Sequence record: MZ475891.1
DNA: 64,000 bases
Direction: 5' to 3' (one strand)
Positions 37,625 to 47,194 of this stretch are shown here, one piece after another (within the stretch, counting starts at the first letter, position 1; every line of letters begins with the position of its first letter). The translations under genes and the position numbers were made by a program. Below the pieces are notes generated by a model. That model worked only from the letters and a program-made list of their open reading frames with translations. It did not search any database and was not told the DNA's origin.

Positions 37625-37888
37625 ATGGCAGTAGGTTTCGCCAAAGATGATGACGTGTCCAACACCGTCGAAACAAACGTGCTGAATGAAATCGACCGCG
37701 CTCGTTCTGAGTTGCGTGGCGCTGGTAGTTCGCACTGTATCAACCCTGACTGTGGTGCAGAGATTCCACTCATGCGCCGCGTAGCAATGCCGAACGCTCG
37801 CTACTGCGTTAGCTGTCAAGCACACCATGACGGTACGCCTGCTGTTGGCTACAATCGTCGTGGCTCTAAAGATTCTCAACTGAGGTAG
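37625..37888 (+). CDS. TraR/DksA C4-type zinc-finger protein
   Basis: CINPDCGAEIPLMRRVAMPNARYCVSCQ; N-terminal acidic D..D. Confidence 0.88.
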   Translation: MAVGFAKDDDVSNTVETNVLNEIDRARSELRGAGSSHCINPDCGAEIPLMRRVAMPNARYCVSCQAHHDGTPAVGYNRRGSKDSQLR

Positions 37889-37890
37889 TT

Positions 37891-38022
37891 ATGTGCAACG
37901 ATACCGAAGTACCTTGTGTGCGATGCACCAAGCCCGCACCTGTTGTTGACTTGGGTGGGCCTTACGGTGATCTGTGTGATGACTGCGTAACGCTGATGCG
38001 CGAAGAACAGGAGGAAGAATGA
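37891..38022 (+). CDS. 43-aa zinc-finger-like peptide (below ORF-track cutoff)
   Basis: MCNDTEVPCVRCTKP...LCDDCVTLMREEQEEE; GAGGT RBS; ATGA overlap with next gene. Confidence 0.6.
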   Translation: MCNDTEVPCVRCTKPAPVVDLGGPYGDLCDDCVTLMREEQEEE

Positions 38023-38201
38023 AACTGTCCGAATCTGAATTAGAGTCTTTGCGTTTTCGTATGCGTCTGCGTGAGCAACCCAAGCCGATGCCTGACACGC
38101 ACAAAATGCCAGACAAAAAGTTTGACAGTCATAAGCTGGACAAGTCCACTGATATGACGCTCGGCGATGTTCGCCACCACTTCCCTCCAAAAGGAAATTG
38201 A
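38019..38201 (+). CDS. hypothetical protein
   Basis: 60 aa, GGAGG RBS. Confidence 0.6.
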   Translation: MKLSESELESLRFRMRLREQPKPMPDTHKMPDKKFDSHKLDKSTDMTLGDVRHHFPPKGN

Positions 38202-38202
38202 A

Positions 38203-38535
38203 ATGGAAGAGATTCTTGATGTTGACAGCAAGATGTATGCTGTCTATGACGGTCACGTTGTTACCAACTATCATCATGAAGGTAGCGGCGTGATGTACAT
38301 CGAAGACAGCTTCTGGTTGAGTTTGAATCTGCGCGACGATCTTTTCCCTGCGCCGCCAACTCGTTTGGCGCATTACAAAAATGTACACACGCGTTCTATT
38401 GATCGCGTTCGTGTTAGCACCATTCAAGATATACGCGAATCTTTGTATAAGGTTCGTCACTATATTCGTTGGTTCGAGTATATCTCCGAAGATAAGCTGC
38501 AAGGTTTGCAGCACCTGTTACGCGAACCTGATTAA
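38203..38535 (+). CDS. hypothetical protein
   Basis: AAGGA RBS before ATG 38203. Confidence 0.7.
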   Translation: MEEILDVDSKMYAVYDGHVVTNYHHEGSGVMYIEDSFWLSLNLRDDLFPAPPTRLAHYKNVHTRSIDRVRVSTIQDIRESLYKVRHYIRWFEYISEDKLQGLQHLLREPD

Positions 38536-38632
38536 AGGTAACGCTCATGTGTCTGCTAGTCAATTTCCTCAAGGACGAGGGTACGATGCGTATCTGTAAA
38601 CGTTTACAACAACCCAACTAAAGGTAGCGATC

Positions 38633-38998
38633 ATGATTTCTCGAATCAGTAATCTCCTCTTTGCCGAATCAATGTCCGTTGAGCAGTTAGCGCAGGCATT
38701 GCGTATTCAAAACTTCAACGCGACTGTTCGTGGTGAGTTCAAGTTGGTTGCTGGCACTAACTCCAGTGGCTATATCACTTCTGCACTGTCAAGTCCTGTC
38801 GAAGTGCTGCGCGACCTGAAAGGCGTTCAGACTTTGAAAGATGCAGGCTTCTCTGACCCTGACATTGCACTCGCTCTCGGCATCGACCGTTTGCGTCTCA
38901 AGAAAGTTTATAACGAGGCACGCAAGAGCAAAAAGAAGCCTGTTGAGCCGGCTCCAGTGCAGCGTACCTCTAAAGCAATTTCACTCGACGATCTGTAA
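38633..38998 (+). CDS. hypothetical protein, possible HTH (FSDPDIALALGIDRLRL)
   Basis: 121 aa, AAGGT RBS. Confidence 0.7.
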   Translation: MISRISNLLFAESMSVEQLAQALRIQNFNATVRGEFKLVAGTNSSGYITSALSSPVEVLRDLKGVQTLKDAGFSDPDIALALGIDRLRLKKVYNEARKSKKKPVEPAPVQRTSKAISLDDL

Positions 38999-39008
38999 GG
39001 AAACAATC

Positions 39009-39713
39009 ATGACAAGTAAATTTGAAAAGTCAGATGCATCTACTCGCCGCGCCGAACTGCTGGTGCTGATGTGTGAGATCTACACTTCGCTGCGTGACCA
39101 GTCGTTGTCTGAGTCAGAGACAAAAGCCTTTGCGTTGTTCAAAGACATTATGGATTTGGCTGACGTGCGTACCGTCGATGCCGTGTTCTCTGAAATCGAG
39201 CACGAACTGGACCCTAAAGTTGAAGGTCTGCTGAATTATGTCCACAGAACGTTTATGATGCATGACACTTTGTGCAAAACTGAGGCAGAAGCCGCAGCAA
39301 AGCTCAAAGCCGAGGAAGCGCGTGAGCATGTACGCAAACACACGTACAAACCGCCTGTGGAAAAGCTCATTAGTAAAGAGCAGATTACCGAACTGTGTGC
39401 AGGCTTGACTTCATACGTTGAGCGCGAAGACGTTCGACCCAAAGTCAACGTCGATCTTATCGATGATATCCTCGAATCATTGGATAAGAACTACACGTTC
39501 ATCGACACGCTCGATCTGTCCAATCATCTTGAAGGTGAAGATCTGAAAACTGCCGTCAAGCTGATTGAAGACGCAGTGACTGAAAGCCATCAACCACTGA
39601 AAGAAGTCATGGACACTATCTGGTGCCACATGGCTAAACGCGATTTGCCTGCCGTTGACTTCTTTGACCAATACGGCAATGCCGAAGATGAGAACTATGC
39701 ACTTGCACCTTAA
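39009..39713 (+). CDS. hypothetical helical protein
   Basis: TAAGGA RBS before ATG 39009. Confidence 0.75.
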   Translation: MTSKFEKSDASTRRAELLVLMCEIYTSLRDQSLSESETKAFALFKDIMDLADVRTVDAVFSEIEHELDPKVEGLLNYVHRTFMMHDTLCKTEAEAAAKLKAEEAREHVRKHTYKPPVEKLISKEQITELCAGLTSYVEREDVRPKVNVDLIDDILESLDKNYTFIDTLDLSNHLEGEDLKTAVKLIEDAVTESHQPLKEVMDTIWCHMAKRDLPAVDFFDQYGNAEDENYALAP

Positions 39714-39894
39714 ACGTTATTGGCGGGCACTCATTGTGTTGCTCGTCGTTTTCATCATTAGTTGTTTGCTGCCCATTCTTGAAGTGCGCAACCCAACACT
39801 GACTCTTATCGTGGTCGTGATTGTTGCCTGCTACTTCATTGCAGTCTGGGCATACAAACCTGTTAAAGCAATTAAGGAAGAGTTGGATGACTAG
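39697..39894 (+). CDS. small membrane protein (2 TM)
   Basis: Hydrophobic 65 aa. Confidence 0.6.
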   Translation: MHLHLKRYWRALIVLLVVFIISCLLPILEVRNPTLTLIVVVIVACYFIAVWAYKPVKAIKEELDD

Positions 39895-40444
39895 TCGTAA
39901 GAACGAAGTCAAGTTGACTGACGCTGAGGTAGCAGCAGGCGCACGGCAGATACTTGAGATGCTGGTGAGTATGCGTCTTAGTGCTCATCACCAAGATGTC
40001 GGATATGAAACGCTGTATACCGATTCTCTTGGTGAGACGCAAGGCGGTTGGTACGTTGCATTCGACAGCTTGAGCCGTACTCGACTCAAAGAATCCAAAG
40101 CTGTGTCGTGGCGCAACGTCGGCATGGTCTCGGGTGATTCGCTCGAAGATGTTCTCACAACGCTGCGAACGCTCCGCCGCGATATGTCCAATCGCGTACA
40201 TGCGCCCACACCAGAAGAGCGTGAGCGTGTACTCAACTTGCGTGATAGCAACATACGCAACGCACTGACTAAGTTCCACAAGGGTGAGTCGCTGTCTGAT
40301 GGTGAACTCAACCTGAGCATTAAGCATTTTCAGTCGTTAGAGAATGCGCTTCGCGTAGATGAGTTGTTGCAACTTGCAGCACCCTACATTACTCAGAATC
40401 TCAACGTGCTCTTAGGATATAAAGAAGCACGCCGTCGCAAATAA
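39887..40444 (+). CDS. hypothetical protein
   Basis: Start at ATG 39887. Confidence 0.7.
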   Translation: MTSRKNEVKLTDAEVAAGARQILEMLVSMRLSAHHQDVGYETLYTDSLGETQGGWYVAFDSLSRTRLKESKAVSWRNVGMVSGDSLEDVLTTLRTLRRDMSNRVHAPTPEERERVLNLRDSNIRNALTKFHKGESLSDGELNLSIKHFQSLENALRVDELLQLAAPYITQNLNVLLGYKEARRRK

Positions 40445-40449
40445 CAATC

Positions 40450-40480
40450 GGGAGATCCCTAACAAGGGGTTTCCCTTTTT
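40450..40480 (+). terminator. intrinsic terminator
   Basis: GGGAGATCCCT-AACA-AGGGGTTTCCC followed by TTTTT. Confidence 0.75.
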
Positions 40481-40500
40481 GCATTTCTGGAGCAAATTTT

Positions 40501-41481
40501 ATGCGTTTTGGTTTCGCCTGTAAACTGCTGGATGACAACGGTAAGCAACCGTACACGAACAAGAGCCTGAGCTATGCTCACTTCTCCAAGCTGTCTCAGA
40601 CAGAGCAGCAAGAAAAGCTGGTGCTCGTCGTCACACACAATCTGACCTCGTTGCTTGAGATGATCAGACACGTTGGTCGTCTGCGTACCGACTTGCGTAT
40701 GTTTCGAATCACAAGCGAACTACTTCCGCTGTTCACGCACCCGATGGTCACACGCATGTATCTCCAAACACACATGACCAAACTGACAGACACGATGTTG
40801 GCAACGTGTGGTGCAGCGGCTAGACGTCTCGGTGTGCGACTGTCATTCCACCCAGGTCAGTTTACCGTGCTTGCGTCTGACCGACCCGACGTTATGCTCA
40901 ACTCGATTAACGAAATGGAGTATCACGCCTACTGTGCGCAGGCTATGGGCTACGGTCGTAAGTTCCAAGATTTCAAAATCAACATTCACCTGAGCGGTCG
41001 TCGTGGTGCCGCAGGTTTCAGAGACGCCTACTCTCGTCTAAGCGATCATTGCCGCAAGATGATCACGGTAGAGAATGACGAGTACACTTCCTCGATCGAG
41101 GATTGTCTTGAGCTTGCCGACATTTGTCCTGTTGTTCTCGACATTCACCATCACTGGGTAATGACTAACGAATACATTCAGCCGACAGATGATCGTGTTC
41201 AACGTGTCATTGACTCGTGGCGAGGCGTTCGTCCTGTTGCGCATTACTCTGTGTCACGCCCAGAGTTCATACCGTCTACGGGTCTGCCTGATCAGAACAA
41301 GCTAGAAGCAAAGTCTGCCTCGCTGCGTGCTCATTCCGACTACTACCACAACGACAGCGTAAACGAGTGGGCCCTCAGCTTCGAGCAATTCGACCTGATG
41401 TGCGAGTCTAAAGCGAAGAATCTAGCACGCACGAAACTAGCCCTTTTTAAGGGCAACTCTGCACAAATATGGTCAAAATAA
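40501..41481 (+). CDS. uvsE: UV damage endonuclease UvsE/UVDE
   Basis: RFGFACK, MFRITSELLP, RLSFHPGQFTVLAS, KINIHLSG, VENDE, LDIHHHW, HYS, AHSDY, MCESKAKN. Confidence 0.93.
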   Translation: MRFGFACKLLDDNGKQPYTNKSLSYAHFSKLSQTEQQEKLVLVVTHNLTSLLEMIRHVGRLRTDLRMFRITSELLPLFTHPMVTRMYLQTHMTKLTDTMLATCGAAARRLGVRLSFHPGQFTVLASDRPDVMLNSINEMEYHAYCAQAMGYGRKFQDFKINIHLSGRRGAAGFRDAYSRLSDHCRKMITVENDEYTSSIEDCLELADICPVVLDIHHHWVMTNEYIQPTDDRVQRVIDSWRGVRPVAHYSVSRPEFIPSTGLPDQNKLEAKSASLRAHSDYYHNDSVNEWALSFEQFDLMCESKAKNLARTKLALFKGNSAQIWSK

Positions 41482-41514
41482 GGCTTGTTTTAGAAGGTGC
41501 CCCTATGATACACT
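41470..41514 (+). promoter_or_regulatory. early promoter P5
   Basis: GCACAAATA-TGGTCAAAAT N33 TG-A-TACACT. Confidence 0.75.
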
Positions 41515-41565
41515 GATTACGAGCACTGTATGCTCGTTTCTACTGATTCAAGAGGATAAGACAAT

Positions 41566-41862
41566 ATGTTCATTACAACTCTAAACGCAAACACTGCGAA
41601 ACCTGCACCGAAAGCAATCAACCACATGAACCTCGACCTTGCACCTTCTGGTCGCATTTCTTGTGTCTGGCCGGGCGCACTCGATGTTCCTGCGAACATT
41701 AAACGTTTCTGCCGTGCTTGTGAAATCATTACCGACCTCGATCCATGTATGCGTCTTCGTTTCAAAGGTCGTCGCTCTGACGTTCTGGCGCTCATCACCA
41801 AGATCGCTCCTGACAACCCTGACCTCGCAGCGCGAATTGCGGGCACTATCACTGAGGCTTAA
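41566..41862 (+). CDS. hypothetical protein
   Basis: 98 aa, GAGGA RBS. Confidence 0.75.
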   Translation: MFITTLNANTAKPAPKAINHMNLDLAPSGRISCVWPGALDVPANIKRFCRACEIITDLDPCMRLRFKGRRSDVLALITKIAPDNPDLAARIAGTITEA

Positions 41863-41863
41863 A

Positions 41864-42127
41864 ATGAAAATCCCCTGTCTGAATGCTGTGTATGGTATTA
41901 CGAACACCAATACTCCACTCGTGGATAAACGCGGCTTTCGTTGTGTTGAATCGAAATACGTTGACGGAACGGAGGTTAGATTACAACGACAAGCCCATGA
42001 CATTCATGAACGTGTGGTAGTGGCCTATGACCAGTATGGTCGTGCAGTGTATGGAACACTGACTCCGCCCACATCGTTCGAAGTGCGTGACAGCAAGGAA
42101 AGCGACCAATATAACAAGGCGCCCTAG
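41864..42127 (+). CDS. hypothetical protein
   Basis: GAGG RBS before ATG 41864. Confidence 0.6.
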   Translation: MKIPCLNAVYGITNTNTPLVDKRGFRCVESKYVDGTEVRLQRQAHDIHERVVVAYDQYGRAVYGTLTPPTSFEVRDSKESDQYNKAP

Positions 42128-42205
42128 CAAGCTCACAACGAAGCCATAGAATGAATACTAAGAAGTCTAACAATTCATGCGCTGACCTAATCGTGGGGTG
42201 TCAAA

Positions 42206-42583
42206 ATGATCGTAGTATGTAACTCTTCAAAGGAATTTTCTGTTGAACGTTTGAAACACGGGGACGCATTTGTATTCGGCAAGACGCGAATGCTTCTGCG
42301 AGCGGACTATCTGATACTAACAGATAAGCACAATGCTTTTTACGTGGTTCGCAAATCTGATGTTGTTTGGGCTCCCGAATTAACTGGCGCTACGCACATG
42401 ATTAAGATCAGGGCGTATGCCCAGATTAAGCCGTTCGAACTCCATGCAGCATGTCCACAGTTCAATGGTCGTGTTTACGGAACAATCGCTTTCCGTAACC
42501 CACACTTTGAACATAGAATGAATATACTTCGTTATAGTGAGACAATCTTTGGAGGTCAACATGGCACGGTATCATGTGTTTAG
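42206..42583 (+). CDS. hypothetical protein
   Basis: 125 aa. Confidence 0.6.
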   Translation: MIVVCNSSKEFSVERLKHGDAFVFGKTRMLLRADYLILTDKHNAFYVVRKSDVVWAPELTGATHMIKIRAYAQIKPFELHAACPQFNGRVYGTIAFRNPHFEHRMNILRYSETIFGGQHGTVSCV

Positions 42584-42809
42584 TGCAGAAAGCAAATACT
42601 ACGGCGAAGCATACGAGGGGACGCACTTAAAAGCGATTGACCTCGGGTACCCAGTTACCCACGCCGAGTTTAAAAATTTCGAGAGTGCTAAGGAATGCGC
42701 AGATAAGTTACATGAGGTTTGCGATATGGGCTGGATTGTATACAACGCTTTTTCAGAAGTATCTGTATACGACAGCCGCACTATTGAAGGTGAGTCTGTA
42801 AATAACTAA
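42561..42809 (+). CDS. hypothetical protein
   Basis: GGAGGT RBS before ATG 42561. Confidence 0.7.
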   Translation: MARYHVFSAESKYYGEAYEGTHLKAIDLGYPVTHAEFKNFESAKECADKLHEVCDMGWIVYNAFSEVSVYDSRTIEGESVNN

Positions 42810-42880
42810 CAGACGACCTTGCATCTTCCGTGTGATGCTTACGGGCGTCACGCACATTCACTGTGATAATGAGGTTCAAA

Positions 42881-43396
42881 ATGAAATACGCTTCAATCGT
42901 TCTTGCTACTCTGCTTGCCACTTCTTTCGCTGCGTCTGCCGCTAACTACAAAGCACCAGCGCCTGTTAAGGGTATGCAGTCTAGCGGTATGCACATCGAT
43001 GATCAACTGGACGATAGCTGCCAGACCAAACTGTCTCAAGCCATCGACTTGCGCGACTCTGTTGTTGACTTCACTGTTAGTCGCAATCAGATTGATACTG
43101 TGGCCGCTTGGCCGCTTGTGTGTTCCCCAACAGTCGAAGCAAAGACTGTTAGTGTTGAGCGTATGGGTTCTGACCTGACGATCACTTACGTTAACAACGA
43201 CGACACCCTGCACCCGCTGACTCTGACCTTGCAGCGTGTTGAATCTGAATCCGAAGATGACGCACCTGCGTATCAGATCGTCCAAGTAGGCGACATGAGC
43301 GCAATGGGTTATCAGGAGCAGGCTGACGTTAAAGACTGGCTGCTGGACTGTTACGCTGCTACGTTGCAGACTGGCATTCCACTGAGCATGAACTAA
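42881..43396 (+). CDS. exported (Sec signal peptide) acidic protein
   Basis: MKYASIVLATLLATSFAASA-A; GAGGT RBS. Confidence 0.75.
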   Translation: MKYASIVLATLLATSFAASAANYKAPAPVKGMQSSGMHIDDQLDDSCQTKLSQAIDLRDSVVDFTVSRNQIDTVAAWPLVCSPTVEAKTVSVERMGSDLTITYVNNDDTLHPLTLTLQRVESESEDDAPAYQIVQVGDMSAMGYQEQADVKDWLLDCYAATLQTGIPLSMN

Positions 43397-43674
43397 TGCA
43401 GCACCGTCGTAAAGTAAAGGCCGAGTCAAAGCAACGTTCAATACCCGAAGACTGGCCTGTATTCAAAGACATGTTGCTGACGTTGCGCATCGCTGTACTC
43501 ACGGACGAGAAGCCTCACGCTAAACTGCGTGCGCTTGCTCTCCAATGGTATACAGATGGGAAGTATCGTAACCCTGTCTGTGATTCTGTTCTGCTTAGGT
43601 TGACCGCTGAGAAACGACCTAAGCAAACTCTTGATCAATTGATCACTCTCTATAACTTTCTTGAGGAAGAATAA
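43396..43674 (+). CDS. hypothetical protein
   Basis: 92 aa. Confidence 0.65.
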   Translation: MQHRRKVKAESKQRSIPEDWPVFKDMLLTLRIAVLTDEKPHAKLRALALQWYTDGKYRNPVCDSVLLRLTAEKRPKQTLDQLITLYNFLEEE

Positions 43675-43676
43675 AA

Positions 43677-44897
43677 ATGGCTATCATTTCCGCAGAAGAA
43701 CAAGCGCGTCTGGATTCACTTGCTGCTATCGTAGCTAAGATGTGGGATCAAGGCGGCCCTGCTGTGCGTGATGCTCTGCGCTACGTTGCTAACCAAATGC
43801 TGAGCGACGAGCATTCATTCCTGTACGAAGAAGTGCCTGGTGTAACGCCTGACATTGAATCAGTCTACCACCACCTGAGCGATCTTCCACTGACGGGTAT
43901 GACCCGCATCGTGCGCAATCCTGACTTGATCAGCTCGCTTGAAGATCTGATGAACAAAAATGAGCGTGAGATCTTCGGCTCTGCCGTGCGTAACAGCGCA
44001 TACACTATGTTCAAACTTTTACCGCAGAATGAAACCTCGGTGTTCTGCCATCCAGGTAAAGGTGCTACCTCTCGCACCCAGCCTCGTCAAGTCGCTGAAA
44101 GACTGCATCGTGGTTTAAGCTACATGTTGTCCGTGCACGGTCTGGACGCGTATATCAAAAAGGCTGACAATCAAATTCGCTCTTACGGGCATACTCGCCT
44201 AGCCTCTCTGGTAATCGCAGTCGCAGTCAAAGGCGAACGCAGTGTTGCTACTCGCATCGTACCTCTGTGGTGTATGGACAATCACACCACAGAGGTGGGC
44301 ACGATTGAACTTGATCAGGATATCCCGAACGATAAGCCTTCAACCTCAGTTGAGGTAGAAACTGATATCCAAGTTTGGCCGAAGTTTGAAGCAAAACAAC
44401 TTAGAGATATCCTGCTCAAGCATGGGAATTATATCGAGTCTAAGCTGCGCGGCATGGACCGCGAAGAATTAGATGATACCTATGAAGCCTTCGTTGATGC
44501 ATACCTTAACAATACTCACGACGAGGGTGATGAAGACGAAGATGATGAGTGGGACGAAGAAGAGGATGAAGACGAAGAAGATGCCTTCTGTCCTGAAATC
44601 CCTTCGCGCCTAGCTCTACCTGTCGAACTGCCTATTGTTAATCTCGAACGTCCGAAGTTAGACATTCGCCCAGGCATGCGTTTGAAGACCAAAAAGCCTA
44701 GACAGTCTCATATTCAGAATATTCTGATTGATCCAGTTTGGCACGCAGTTGACCCACAAGACGAGAACAATATTCATTATTTCAGTGTGTCTATTGTTGC
44801 CCGTGATACTGTCGGTCATAAGGCTATTTCAGCTTCGCCGCTTGAAGCACTGACTATCTCCAACGTGCTGATGCAGATCGCTGAAACTAACACTTAA
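43677..44897 (+). CDS. hypothetical protein with acidic tract
   Basis: 406 aa, GAGG hairpin RBS. Confidence 0.8.
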   Translation: MAIISAEEQARLDSLAAIVAKMWDQGGPAVRDALRYVANQMLSDEHSFLYEEVPGVTPDIESVYHHLSDLPLTGMTRIVRNPDLISSLEDLMNKNEREIFGSAVRNSAYTMFKLLPQNETSVFCHPGKGATSRTQPRQVAERLHRGLSYMLSVHGLDAYIKKADNQIRSYGHTRLASLVIAVAVKGERSVATRIVPLWCMDNHTTEVGTIELDQDIPNDKPSTSVEVETDIQVWPKFEAKQLRDILLKHGNYIESKLRGMDREELDDTYEAFVDAYLNNTHDEGDEDEDDEWDEEEDEDEEDAFCPEIPSRLALPVELPIVNLERPKLDIRPGMRLKTKKPRQSHIQNILIDPVWHAVDPQDENNIHYFSVSIVARDTVGHKAISASPLEALTISNVLMQIAETNT

Positions 44898-44898
44898 C

Positions 44899-44942
44899 TG
44901 GACAAAACAGCGCTTCTTAACGAGGCGCTTTTCTGCTATAAT
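44899..44942 (+). promoter_or_regulatory. early promoter P6 overlapping a terminator-like hairpin
   Basis: TGGACAAAAC N32 TG-C-TATAAT; AGCGCTTC/GAGGCGCT + TTTCT lies inside. Confidence 0.75.
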
Positions 44943-45008
44943 AGCAGCTAGAGCACAAGCTCTCACGTTTGCATTTACTATACGTTAAATACGGGAACCT
45001 CACATATT

Positions 45009-45311
45009 ATGGCACGTAACATTTCACGCAAGAAAGCGCTCGACCTGATGGCAAAAACTTACAACGAAAAACATCCAGAGTATTTGCCGCGCCTCATGAA
45101 AGAGGACATGAATGCGAAAGACCTGTTCGAATTCCGTGAAGATGTTGTAGCTCAAATTCAGGCAGGTTTGAATCCTGCGAAAGTTGTTGATGATATGATC
45201 GACAACGCAATACGCGTCACCACGATGCGCCGCCGTATGAGCAATGATTATAATCCGAAAATCTCCGACGTTCTTACCGATGAACTGCGTGAGGAACTTC
45301 GTAAACTCTAA
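45009..45311 (+). CDS. hypothetical protein
   Basis: 100 aa. Confidence 0.75.
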   Translation: MARNISRKKALDLMAKTYNEKHPEYLPRLMKEDMNAKDLFEFREDVVAQIQAGLNPAKVVDDMIDNAIRVTTMRRRMSNDYNPKISDVLTDELREELRKL

Positions 45312-45320
45312 GGAATAAAA

Positions 45321-45881
45321 ATGAAAAACTACGGTTACTTCTTTATCCTGAATCACATCGCACTCGCCGTAGATAGCGCCAGCAAGGAAGCTGGCTTTAA
45401 AGATTTGGTTGAGCTGGACATGTTCAACCGCGCTTCTGTTTTAGTTGTAGCTGACGCCGAGCCAAGGGGACGTCAGATTGCAAACGATTTGACCGCTGCA
45501 CTTTATCCACGAGCGGCTGATTGTGTGCCAACAGTTGAGCAACGCATGATGTTAGTGCAAGCTCTGCATGATGCCGAAATCGAAAAGATTCTTGGCAACA
45601 TCCGCTTCTTCGTACCGCACGCTCACACGCGAGAAAATTTGATTTCGCGTTTCGGCTTTTACGTGGAGAACGATCAGCCTGCGCTGTTTATGCCGTACTA
45701 CATGCGAAAGCATATTCTTAGTGACACCGCTGTGTTCTGCGAGGGGCGTCTGACTTCATTCAGAGACGCTTGCTCTAACGGAACTGTCACTGAGAACATC
45801 CGCGACTACGGCCTATTGACTGCGCAAGCGTACGGAAAAGACAACGTGCCTGAAATGTATCAGGACCTGCCTTTGTTTTAA
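45321..45881 (+). CDS. hypothetical protein
   Basis: 186 aa, TAAGGA RBS. Confidence 0.75.
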   Translation: MKNYGYFFILNHIALAVDSASKEAGFKDLVELDMFNRASVLVVADAEPRGRQIANDLTAALYPRAADCVPTVEQRMMLVQALHDAEIEKILGNIRFFVPHAHTRENLISRFGFYVENDQPALFMPYYMRKHILSDTAVFCEGRLTSFRDACSNGTVTENIRDYGLLTAQAYGKDNVPEMYQDLPLF

Positions 45882-45892
45882 GGAGACACCTA

Positions 45893-46360
45893 ATGGGTGT
45901 AGTTAACGGTATCAGTTCAACTAAGTTCCCGCGTCGAGGGCGGGACGAAGGTCTGACAGTCATTCTTCGTCGTCGCTGGGGATTGTTCCCAGCTGTTATC
46001 GTTCGTCAAGATCACGGCGAACCCAATAACACGATCTACCGCATTGAAGCTAAGGCCTTGCCTAAACGTTTCTTCGACGGTAGTCATGAACTCTATGTTG
46101 CTGAGTATTATCAAACGAACTTTCCTAAAGACACTCCTATGTGTGCTGCCGGTGCAGTTGAAGGTCTGTTCGTTGAGATTGTATTCGACCATGACGTTCA
46201 CAACAAATGCGAAGGCATCTGTGTGACCGATCGCGGTATGCAGAAAATCTTTTTGATCACGACAGGTCAACACGAAGGTCGTTACGTCACTGAGGCCGAG
46301 TGTGATTACAAAGTCAAACCTAAACTTGTAAAGGATAATAGAGATGACAGTAACATCTGA
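45893..46360 (+). CDS. hypothetical protein
   Basis: 155 aa, AAGGAG RBS. Confidence 0.75.
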   Translation: MGVVNGISSTKFPRRGRDEGLTVILRRRWGLFPAVIVRQDHGEPNNTIYRIEAKALPKRFFDGSHELYVAEYYQTNFPKDTPMCAAGAVEGLFVEIVFDHDVHNKCEGICVTDRGMQKIFLITTGQHEGRYVTEAECDYKVKPKLVKDNRDDSNI

Positions 46361-46649
46361 ACACTCAACAACATCTAGCTGCAAGCGTGCGACTACAGGT
46401 CTGGGTCGTTTGACTAGCGGTGATCAGTTCTTCCTGTCGCTGGCAATCACTGGCTCTAAGACAGGCGAAGATGCGGGCTTCATTGATTCCGTTCGTGATC
46501 TGCACAAGCACATCGCTGCGTTTGCAGCAAAGCATGAGGTTACGCAAGTGACCGCGTTTCTTGGACATAACGTTATGTCCGACGCCGAGTACACGTTAGA
46601 GTTCAACGTGTCTCAAGTATTCACACTCAAAAAAGAAAGGACGTATTAA
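46344..46649 (+). CDS. hypothetical protein
   Basis: 101 aa. Confidence 0.65.
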   Translation: MTVTSEHSTTSSCKRATTGLGRLTSGDQFFLSLAITGSKTGEDAGFIDSVRDLHKHIAAFAAKHEVTQVTAFLGHNVMSDAEYTLEFNVSQVFTLKKERTY

Positions 46650-47194
46650 TGGAATTTCAAATTAAGCCAGACTTGCAGACCTACCCAAATTTCATTCTGC
46701 CTAAGCGTGGCTCTGCTCAGGCGGCGGGCCTCGATCTGTTCGCGCAGGAAGATATGATCTTCACTGAAACTACTGAGCTGTTTAATCTTGGCTTCCGCGC
46801 TGCTGTACCTGAAGGCTACGTTGCCTTAATCGTACCGCGCTCTGGCTTGGGTGCTAAGTTCAACATGCAACTGTCAAACACGATGGGCGTTATTGATAGT
46901 GACTATCGTGGTGATTGGATGGCAGCGTTCCATCTGGGCGGTAAAGGCACGCAAGCTGATACACTGCCGCCATACGGTCAGTATCAGAAAGAGTTCTATC
47001 ATCACGGCAGTGAGCTGTGGGAAAAAGCGAATCAAAACGAAGCGCCTATGCTCCTAGTTCCTAAAGGTGATGCGTTTGCACAGGTGCTGTTCTTTGAAGT
47101 ACCGTTGATGCAAGTGACTCTGGTCGACGAGCTGCCTGAAACAGAGCGTGGTGAAGGTGGCTTCGGTTCTACCACGAAGTCGCAAAGTGCCTGA
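46649..47194 (+). CDS. dut: trimeric dUTPase with an insertion
   Basis: AAGLDL, PRSGLG, GVIDSDYRG, FAQVLF, RGEGGFGST. Confidence 0.93.
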   Translation: MEFQIKPDLQTYPNFILPKRGSAQAAGLDLFAQEDMIFTETTELFNLGFRAAVPEGYVALIVPRSGLGAKFNMQLSNTMGVIDSDYRGDWMAAFHLGGKGTQADTLPPYGQYQKEFYHHGSELWEKANQNEAPMLLVPKGDAFAQVLFFEVPLMQVTLVDELPETERGEGGFGSTTKSQSA

